Assembly (NCBI RefSeq): GCF_008065095.1
Contig: NZ_CP042911.1
Coordinates: 4,440,001 to 4,472,000 of the forward strand
Direction: 5' to 3'
Length of the DNA stretch: 32,000 bases
Source: Gemmata obscuriglobus
GTDB lineage: Bacteria > Planctomycetota > Planctomycetia > Gemmatales > Gemmataceae
The notes under the pieces were generated by a model. It was given only the letters and a program-made list of their open reading frames with translations. It was not told the DNA's origin and did no database searches. This document shows, in pieces, positions 1-5,455 of the stretch; the first letter of the stretch is position 1, and every line of letters begins with the position of its first letter. Made by a program: the position numbers and the translations under genes.

Positions 1-396
1 GCCGTTGAACCGGAGCACGCGGCAGGTCTTGCCGCGCTTCCCGGCGTTGGCCATGTCCGTGACCGTCGCGGTCCCGCTGCCCGGCCACGTCCGCGTGTGG
101 ACGCGGGGCGGGGTCACGTGCTGTCGCAGCAAGCTGGCGGCCCGTTCGCCGCACGTGTCCGGTTGCGGGTTGTCGTCCAGGTAGTCGGCGAGCACCTCCT
201 CGCCCCGCTGCTCCGCAATCACCGCCCGCGCCAGCGCGACCGCCTCCGGGTCGTCGCTGACCCAGCTCGGGCCGCGGCCGCCCGCGAGCGGGTACACGCT
301 CGCCGCGAGGCCGCCGTCCCGCCACGGGCCGACGCGGACGTGCACGCCGTTCACGTCCGCCGTCTGCTCCCGGGGCGTTGCTTCCGTTGTCACCAT
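1..396 (-). CDS. hypothetical protein (N-terminus in window, runs off left edge)
   Basis: Not in the supplied track because it has no stop inside the window. ATG at 396-394 is preceded by GGAGG (complement of 405-409) 8 nt upstream. The frame stays open for all 132 codons to position 1, with G/C-dominated third positions. It begins MVTTEATPREQTADVNGVHVRVGPW. I recognise no family. Confidence 0.45.
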   Translation of the reverse strand, partial: MVTTEATPREQTADVNGVHVRVGPWRDGGLAASVYPLAGGRGPSWVSDDPEAVALARAVIAEQRGEEVLADYLDDNPQPDTCGERAASLLRQHVTPPRVHTRTWPGSGTATVTDMANAGKRGKTCRVLRFNG

Positions 397-422
397 CTGA
401 AAACCTCCGTTCGTTCACCCCC

Positions 423-482
423 CTCTGCATTCGCTCCGGGCTTGGGACCGGCGCCGCGGCGCGTGCCGCGGCGGCTGCATTA
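423..482 (-). repeat. copy A of a 55-60 nt structured intergenic element (TAATGCAGC ... GAATGCAGAG)
   Basis: Minus-strand read: TAATGCAGC-GCCGCGGC acgc GCCGCGGC-GCCGGTCCCAAGCCCGG-agc-GAATGCAGAG. It aligns with copy B at 1125-1179. It lies between a GC hairpin after the upstream stop and the SD/ATG of the next gene. Confidence 0.7.
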
Positions 483-488
483 CGGCCC

Positions 489-512
489 GCGGCCCCCGGG
501 TTCGGGGGCCGC
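489..512 (-). terminator. GC-rich hairpin just downstream of the 519-755 gene (no U-tract)
   Basis: GCGGCCCCCG ggtt CGGGGGCCGC gives a 10-bp perfect stem 7 nt past the TAG at 519-521. There is no T-run, so its role as a terminator is uncertain. Confidence 0.35.
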
Positions 513-518
513 GTCGGG

Positions 519-755
519 CTAGTTGCGCGTCATGTCGAGCGTGGCCCGCCAGTCGTCCCACGGGTCGAGCGGGCGCGTCGCGTAGTCCCACCGCAGCGCG
601 GTCCGCTGCAGCGCCTCCACGTCCGCCACCGTCTCGCACCCCCGGAGCCGTTCGGAGAGGGCCTCGTGGTCCTCGTCCTCGCACAGGATCCCGCGGTCCA
701 GGTTCCCCTGGATCCGCCGCTTCATCTCGCAAAGCGCCTCGTCGTCGGCTTGCAT
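519..755 (-). CDS. hypothetical small acidic protein (78 aa)
   Basis: The track ORF 519-794 was trimmed to the ATG at 755-753, which is preceded by AAGGGAGG. The frame is G/C3-rich. Sequence starts MQADDEALCEMKRRIQGNLDRG. No family recognised. Confidence 0.5.
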   Translation of the reverse strand: MQADDEALCEMKRRIQGNLDRGILCEDEDHEALSERLRGCETVADVEALQRTALRWDYATRPLDPWDDWRATLDMTRN

Positions 756-858
756 GAGCAGCCTCCCTTGACTCCCCGTTGCTGGACTTGTCACCAGCGC
801 CCCACCGTGGGGCGGTCGGGTTAAGGGCCGCGGCCCCGGTTTCCCGGGGCCGCGATCG

Positions 859-1107
859 TCACGTCGTCCGGGCCGGCCCGTCGAGGAACCGGTCCCACAG
901 CGGCTTCAGGGCCGCCGCCACCACCCCGACCAGGCACCGCCCGTAAGCGAACCCGAGCACCAGGTGGAGCAGCAGGTGCCCGACCCGCGCGCCGACCGGG
1001 GCCGCCTCGACCGCGGCCGCCGGCGCCACCGCCTTGAGCGAGGTGATCAGGAACCACACCAGGGCCGCCCCCAGCGCCCACCCCGCCACGTTCTTCACCG
1101 CTTGCAT
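859..1107 (-). CDS. small membrane protein (82 aa, about 2-3 hydrophobic helices)
   Basis: ATG at 1107 is preceded by GGGAGGGG. Hydrophobic stretches are WALGAALVWFLITSL and HLLLHLVLGFAYGRCLVGVVAAAL. Stop at 859-861. Confidence 0.55.
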   Translation of the reverse strand: MQAVKNVAGWALGAALVWFLITSLKAVAPAAAVEAAPVGARVGHLLLHLVLGFAYGRCLVGVVAAALKPLWDRFLDGPARTT

Positions 1108-1124
1108 TCCGAACCCCTCCCGCG

Positions 1125-1179
1125 CTCTGCATTCACCCGGGCTTGCGACCGGCCGCGGTTCTAGCCGCGGGCTGCATTA
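1125..1179 (-). repeat. copy B of the structured intergenic element
   Basis: Minus-strand read: TAATGCAGC-CCGCGG ctagaa CCGCGG-CCGGTCGCAAGCCCGG-gt-GAATGCAGAG. The end motifs match copy A. The self-complementary CCGCGG stem is preserved while the loop differs. Confidence 0.7.
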
Positions 1180-1183
1180 AGAG

Positions 1184-1208
1184 GGCGGGGGCCTCGGAGG
1201 CCCCCGCC
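1184..1208 (-). terminator. GC-rich hairpin just downstream of the 1214-1420 gene (no U-tract)
   Basis: GGCGGGGGCC tcgga GGCCCCCGCC gives a 10-bp stem 6 nt after the stop at 1214-1216. Confidence 0.35.
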
Positions 1209-1213
1209 GCGGG

Positions 1214-1420
1214 TCACCAGTTCCGGCCCTTGTTGCCCCAGGCCCGGTAGCCCTCGGCCAGGAGCAGGCAGATGAGCTTGCGCTCGTTCTCCGTCTCCCC
1301 CCGGAGCGTCGGCACGTAGCCGCCGTCCAGCGCCGCCTTCAGCTCGTCCCAGGTGTCGAACGCGGTCACCGCGTTCACCAGCCGGTCCTTGATCTCGCCC
1401 GGCAGTTCGGCCTTGCACAT
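1214..1420 (-). CDS. hypothetical small protein (68 aa)
   Basis: ATG at 1420 is preceded by GGGGAGGG. The frame is G/C3-rich. It is the first gene leftward of the divergent switch region. Confidence 0.55.
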   Translation of the reverse strand: MCKAELPGEIKDRLVNAVTAFDTWDELKAALDGGYVPTLRGETENERKLICLLLAEGYRAWGNKGRNW

Positions 1421-1490
1421 CGCCAGACCCTCCCCGGGAACGCACGCGGGCGGCCCGAGTGGCCGCCCGTCGCACGCCCCAACGGGACGA

Positions 1491-1560
1491 ATACTAGCGA
1501 ATCACTAGTGACGAGCGAAGAAAAATCGCTGGCGAATTTCTAGGCCGACACTAGTGACGC
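1491..1560. promoter_or_regulatory. divergent control region with repeated CACTAGTGAC palindromic boxes
   Basis: A locally A+T-rich 70 bp between the leftward gene (1420) and the rightward RHH gene (1619). CACTAGTGAC occurs at 1503-1512 and 1549-1558, with core CACTAGTG self-complementary. GCGAAT-NN-CTAG occurs twice. There are four CTAG tetramers, plus the inverted repeat AGCGA-N7-TCGCT (1514-1530). Confidence 0.55.
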
Positions 1561-1618
1561 CGGGGCGGGGCCGCGTAGAGTGGGCGGGGCACTGCGGTGG
1601 CGCGGACGAGGGGCGGAC

Positions 1619-1888
1619 ATGGCGAAGCGGACGCGGCCCCGGCAGAACGTGGCCGGGGCCAAGCAGTTCAACTACGAGATCGACGGGGCGCTCGCGGACC
1701 GGTTCCGGCAGTTCTGCCGGGACCGCGGGGAGACGATCGTCGGCCACCTGGAGATGGCGCTGCGGCGGCACATGGACAACCCGCCGCCGGTGCCGGTGCT
1801 GCCCCCGCTCCCGCCGGTGCCGGCGCCCGCACCCCCGGCGAGCGGGGCGAAGGCGCGCGGGCGCGCGCCGAAGCCGAAGAGCGATTGA
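1619..1888 (+). CDS. ribbon-helix-helix (CopG/Arc-like) DNA-binding protein with Pro-rich basic tail
   Basis: The track ORF 1580-1888 was trimmed to the ATG at 1619. The N-terminus fits a beta-alpha-alpha RHH layout: KQFNYEID (strand), GALADRFRQFCRDRG (helix), ETIVGHLEMALRRHM (helix). The fold assignment comes from pattern only. Confidence 0.6.
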   Translation: MAKRTRPRQNVAGAKQFNYEIDGALADRFRQFCRDRGETIVGHLEMALRRHMDNPPPVPVLPPLPPVPAPAPPASGAKARGRAPKPKSD

Positions 1889-1942
1889 GCCGGTGGAGGC
1901 GCGAGTTGGTTCCGAGGAATTCAGAGCCGGGTGAGGTGGCCG

Positions 1943-1990
1943 ACTTCCCATCCGCGGGCGCGCGAGCGCGCGCCCCACTTCCATCCGGGC
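1943..1990. promoter_or_regulatory. direct repeats ACTTCC(C)ATCCG(C)GGC flanking a 9-bp-arm palindrome
   Basis: ACTTCCCATCCGCGGGC is at 1943-1959 and ACTTCCATCCGGGC at 1977-1990. GGGCGCGCG-ag-CGCGCGCCC (1956-1975) lies between them. The site is in the RHH/AP2 intergenic region. Confidence 0.3.
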
Positions 1991-2122
1991 AACCCGCCCG
2001 GGCACCATGACCCCGTAAACGCGACGGGCGGCGGGAGCCGCTAACTCCCACCGCCCCTGGTGTCGCGCCCCGTGACGAGCCGACCGGCCGTTGTCATTCT
2101 CCCACGCACACGGGGAAGGTCA

Positions 2123-2629
2123 ATGGCCGTCGGAGCCGCACCGTCCGCACCACCGCCCGGCCCGCCCGCACAGGACGACCGGGTGATCCGCACCTGGCGT
2201 GCCGACCCCGACCGGTACGTGCGCCGGGTCAAGGGCGGGCGGTACCAGGCCCGGCCGTACGACCCGGAGACGCGCACCCGCGTGAACCTGGGGACGTTCG
2301 GGACCCCGGGGCAGGCCCGGGGCGCGGTGCAGAAGTACTGGTGGGGCGAGCTGGCGGCGAAGCCCAAGTTCGTGCGCGCGAGCCGCAACCAGTACAGCTT
2401 CGGCCGCGGGGACCCGGTCCGGTACTTCGTGCTGATCCCGACCGCCGCGCCCGGCGCGGGCGCGGGCGGGGACCGGAAGCGGAGCTACCAGCGGGTGGGC
2501 GACTGGTTCGCCACCGAGGCCCAGGCGGTGGCCGCCCGGGACGCGTTCCTGGAGGCCACGTACGGGCGGCTGGTGGCCAAGGCCATGCTGTCCCGCGCGG
2601 ACACCTCCCGGCGCGCCGGGAAGTACTAG
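2123..2629 (+). CDS. DNA-binding protein with two AP2/ERF-like domains
   Basis: ATG at 2123 is preceded by GGGGAAGG. RYVRRVKGGRYQARPYDPETRTRVNLGTFGTPGQARGAVQKY matches the AP2 pattern (YxGV..-basic-W/Y-A-.-I...-LG-F-T-.-EA). A second copy ends in YQRVGDWFATEAQAVAARDAFLEATYG. Confidence 0.65.
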   Translation: MAVGAAPSAPPPGPPAQDDRVIRTWRADPDRYVRRVKGGRYQARPYDPETRTRVNLGTFGTPGQARGAVQKYWWGELAAKPKFVRASRNQYSFGRGDPVRYFVLIPTAAPGAGAGGDRKRSYQRVGDWFATEAQAVAARDAFLEATYGRLVAKAMLSRADTSRRAGKY

Positions 2630-2652
2630 CACCCGTTCCCCCGGAGGCCGTC

Positions 2653-2799
2653 ATGCTCGCGCTCGTCCTGTTCGCCGCCCTGTCCGCCGTCCCCGAGCTC
2701 CCGCACACCGCCCCGGCGACGCCGCCGGCGGACGTGTCGCGGGACCCGATCCCGACCCGCCCGGAGCACCCATGCGACTTTACGCCGCCGCGGTCCTGA
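2653..2799 (+). CDS. possible small secreted peptide (48 aa) overlapping the subtilase start
   Basis: ATG at 2653 has GGAGG 5 nt upstream. It has a signal-like N-terminus MLALVLFAALSAV followed by a Pro-rich tail. It overlaps the next gene by 28 nt. It is short, so it could be spurious. Confidence 0.35.
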   Translation: MLALVLFAALSAVPELPHTAPATPPADVSRDPIPTRPEHPCDFTPPRS

Positions 2800-3944
2800 C
2801 CGCGGCCCTGTTCTGCGCCGCCGGCCTCGCGTTCCCGCGGGCCGGGCGGCCGCTCCCCGCGCCCCCGCCGGCCGCCGCGGCCGAGCCGGACCGCGAGTAC
2901 AAGCTGCCGCCCAACGAGCTCGCGCCGAGCGCGGTGCAGGCGCTGACCGACGCCGGCGACGTGGCCGACTGGGGGCACGCCGCGATCGGGGTGCCCGACG
3001 CGTGGAAGGTGACCAAGGGGAAGGGCGCGAGGGTGGCCGTGCTCGACACCGGGTGCGACTCCGGGCACCGCGACCTGAAGGCCCAGATCGTCGCCGCCCG
3101 GGACTTCACCGGCTCGCGCTCGGGCAGCTCCGACGTGAACGGGCACGGGTCCCACTGCGCCGGCATCGTGCTGGCCGCCGAGAACGCGGTCGGCATGGTG
3201 GGGGTCGCGCCCGAGGCCCAGCTGCTCGTCGGCAAGGTGCTCGGCGACTCCGGGTCCGGGCTGTCCTCGGGCATCGCGGCCGGGATCGACTGGGCGGTCG
3301 AGCAGGGGGCGGACGTGATCTCCATGAGCCTCGGCAGCCCGTCCGAGGACGCGCGCATCCGGGCCGCGATCGCCGCGGCCCGCGCCCGGGGCGTGCTGGT
3401 GATCGCCGCGGCCGGCAACGAGGGGCCGCGCGAGGGGACCGTCGGGTACCCGGGCGGCTCCCCGGGCGTGATCTGCGTCGCCGCGATCGACTCGGCCCTC
3501 GCCACCGCGTCGTTCAGCAGCCGTGGGCGGCAGGTGGTCGTCGCGGCGCCCGGGGTGAACATCCGCTCGTGCTACCCGGGCGACCGGTTCGCCACGATGT
3601 CGGGCACCAGCATGGCGACGCCCTACGTGGCCGGGTGCGCGGCGCTGTACGTCGCGCGGTGCAAGGCGCTCGGGGTGAAGCCCACCCCGGACGACTTCGC
3701 CAAGCGGATCGGCGAGACGGCGAAGGACCTGCCGCCGAGCGGGCGCGACACGGCGACCGGGTTCGGGCTGATCCAGCCCGCCAAGCTGCTGCCCGCGGGC
3801 GACGCCCCGGTGCCCGATCCGAAGGACCCGGTGGTCCCGACCCCGGTGCCGATCGGGGACAAGGTGGATCTGGTCCTGCCCGGGCTCACGCTCGACGGCC
3901 GGCCGGTGAAGCGGATCGTCCTCGAACTGGCCCCCCGGCCGTGA
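2772..3944 (+). CDS. secreted subtilisin-family (S8) serine peptidase
   Basis: Signal peptide MRLYAAAVLTAALFCAAGLA. Catalytic triad motifs VAVLDTGCD (Asp), NGHGSHCAG (His) and MSGTSMATPYVAG (Ser), with oxyanion AAAGNEG. Confidence 0.93.
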   Translation: MRLYAAAVLTAALFCAAGLAFPRAGRPLPAPPPAAAAEPDREYKLPPNELAPSAVQALTDAGDVADWGHAAIGVPDAWKVTKGKGARVAVLDTGCDSGHRDLKAQIVAARDFTGSRSGSSDVNGHGSHCAGIVLAAENAVGMVGVAPEAQLLVGKVLGDSGSGLSSGIAAGIDWAVEQGADVISMSLGSPSEDARIRAAIAAARARGVLVIAAAGNEGPREGTVGYPGGSPGVICVAAIDSALATASFSSRGRQVVVAAPGVNIRSCYPGDRFATMSGTSMATPYVAGCAALYVARCKALGVKPTPDDFAKRIGETAKDLPPSGRDTATGFGLIQPAKLLPAGDAPVPDPKDPVVPTPVPIGDKVDLVLPGLTLDGRPVKRIVLELAPRP

Positions 3945-3958
3945 GCGGAGGGGCGCCG

Positions 3959-4228
3959 ATGTCGGGCCACACGGTCGCCGAGATCCGGGCGATGTCGCAG
4001 CGGCTGCGGGACCTGGCGACCCGCGCCGCCTACCACCGGTGCCGGGCCGCCGCGCACACCGCGAACGCGGCGCTGGCGGACCGCGAGGCGGACCTGGTGC
4101 AGGAGCAGCTCACCAAGGCGGTGCGCGACAGCCAGCACGAGGTCGAGGTGGTGCTGGCCGGCGAGACGGGCGCGGCGCCGCCGCTCGACCCGAGTTCCAC
4201 GCCGCCCGTTCCCACGAAGAAGGACTGA
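3959..4228 (+). CDS. hypothetical helical protein (89 aa)
   Basis: ATG at 3959 is preceded by GGAGGGG, 15 nt after the subtilase stop. The frame is G/C3-rich. It is the tail of track ORF 3002-4228. Confidence 0.5.
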   Translation: MSGHTVAEIRAMSQRLRDLATRAAYHRCRAAAHTANAALADREADLVQEQLTKAVRDSQHEVEVVLAGETGAAPPLDPSSTPPVPTKKD

Positions 4229-4234
4229 ACCGCC

Positions 4235-4366
4235 GTGGTCGCGCTCCCGCTCACCGTCGCCGTGCTCGTTCCCGCGGCGTGGTACCTGTGCGCCGCGTTG
4301 GCGCGGTTCACCGCCCGCCACACCGGCGTGGCGGGCGTTTTCTGTCCTGTTCCGCAAGGAGATTGA
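4235..4366 (+). CDS. possible 43-aa single-pass membrane peptide
   Basis: GTG at 4235. Sequence VALPLTVAVLVPAAWYLCAALARF is hydrophobic. The stop TGA at 4364-4366 is 1 nt before the next ATG. It is not in the track and is speculative. Confidence 0.25.
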   Translation: MVALPLTVAVLVPAAWYLCAALARFTARHTGVAGVFCPVPQGD

Positions 4367-4367
4367 G

Positions 4368-4841
4368 ATGCGCAACCTGATTCGCTTCGCCCTGGTCGCC
4401 GTGGTCGCGGGGCTGTTCGCCGGCGACGTGCTCGCCGGCCCGATCCTCGACCGCCTGCGCGAGCGCCGCGCGGCCCGCCAGGGCGGGTGCGGCGCGTGTT
4501 CGTCCGCCGCGCCGGCGCGGCTGTCCGCGACGGCCCCGCTGTGTGGCGCGTGCCCCGGTGGCTCGTGCCCCGACGGCTCGTGTCCCGGTGGGGTGTGCCC
4601 GGTGCCGCCGGCGCCCGGCCTGGACGTGAGCGCGTCCCCGCACCCCACGGCCGCGCTCCCCGCCGGGGCGCTGGTGTCCGTGTCGGGGCGGGTGCTGTTG
4701 CCCAACGGCGACGGCACCTACCGGCACGCCGACCAAGGCGCTGCGCCGCCCATCGCGCTGCCGGGCTACTCGCTCGCCCCGGGCTGCCCGAACGGCCGGT
4801 GCCCGCTCCCGCAGCAGCGGCTCGTGATCCCGGTCAAGTAG
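4368..4841 (+). CDS. secreted cysteine-rich protein with CPxGxCP repeats
   Basis: ATG is preceded by AAGGAGA. Signal peptide MRNLIRFALVAVVAGLFAGDVLA. Cys motifs are GGCGAC, LCGACPGGSCPDGSCPGGVCP and GCPNGRCP. Confidence 0.75.
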   Translation: MRNLIRFALVAVVAGLFAGDVLAGPILDRLRERRAARQGGCGACSSAAPARLSATAPLCGACPGGSCPDGSCPGGVCPVPPAPGLDVSASPHPTAALPAGALVSVSGRVLLPNGDGTYRHADQGAAPPIALPGYSLAPGCPNGRCPLPQQRLVIPVK

Positions 4842-4905
4842 CGCCCGCCCCGGAGGTGCGGGCGCCCGCACCCCGTTCCCTTCGCCCAACCTTGAGGAGT
4901 TCGAC

Positions 4906-5112
4906 GTGACCCAGGTCCACATCCACGTTCACCTGCCCGCCCCGCAAACGCCGGCTGCGGACGCGCTGATCGGCGCGCAGGCGATCGGCGACGGCACCCT
5001 GCTGCGGCTGATCGGCGAGGTCGGCCCGAAGCTGCTCGCCCTGCTGATCCAGCTCGGCCTGATCAAGCTGCCGATGACGGCCCCGGCCGAGGGCGTCGCG
5101 CCGACGCCGTGA
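4906..5112 (+). CDS. hypothetical small protein (68 aa)
   Basis: GTG start is preceded by GAGGAG. It is the last ORF before a strong terminator. Support is moderate. Confidence 0.4.
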   Translation: MTQVHIHVHLPAPQTPAADALIGAQAIGDGTLLRLIGEVGPKLLALLIQLGLIKLPMTAPAEGVAPTP

Positions 5113-5162
5113 CCGCGGCGGAGATGGCGACGAACGGGCGGGTGAGTGCGCTCGAAACGAAG

Positions 5163-5200
5163 ACGGCCCCGGGGTTACCCCGGGGCCGTTCACTTTAATT
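5163..5200 (+). terminator. rho-independent terminator closing the rightward module
   Basis: ACGGCCCCGGGG tta CCCCGGGGCCGT gives a 12-bp stem followed by TCACTTTAATTGTT. Confidence 0.65.
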
Positions 5201-5350
5201 GTTCCTGTGGCGGTTCCATTTTCGGGCCCCGTCTCACTGGCTCTTTCAGCCGGAGTGCCGCAGCTAACCCTAAACAGTTGGCCCGTGTCAGGAGGAGCCC
5301 GGGGTTGAGGACACAGAGGCAAATACGCGAGCCGGGCGTTCGATATGTGA

Positions 5351-5368
5351 GTCGGGGAATTCCCCGAC
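5351..5368. promoter_or_regulatory. 18-bp perfect palindrome GTCGGGGAATTCCCCGAC upstream of the chemoreceptor gene
   Basis: It is exactly self-complementary and lies 88 nt upstream of the ATG at 5456. A second palindrome, GGGTGCG-ca-CGCACCC, is at 5382-5397. Confidence 0.4.
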
Positions 5369-5455
5369 GAGGGTTCCGCGAGGGTGCGCACGCACCCGTC
5401 AACGAATTTGCTGGGAGTGCATCTCTCCCAAACGGCCGATCGAGGTTCGATTCCG

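Noticed and set aside
2772-4841. A lanthipeptide/RiPP cluster interpretation, with an S8 LanP-like protease plus a Cys-rich precursor.
   Set aside because: There is no dehydratase, cyclase, radical-SAM or transporter gene nearby. The Cys-rich protein is 157 aa with its own Sec signal, so it is not a typical leader-core precursor.
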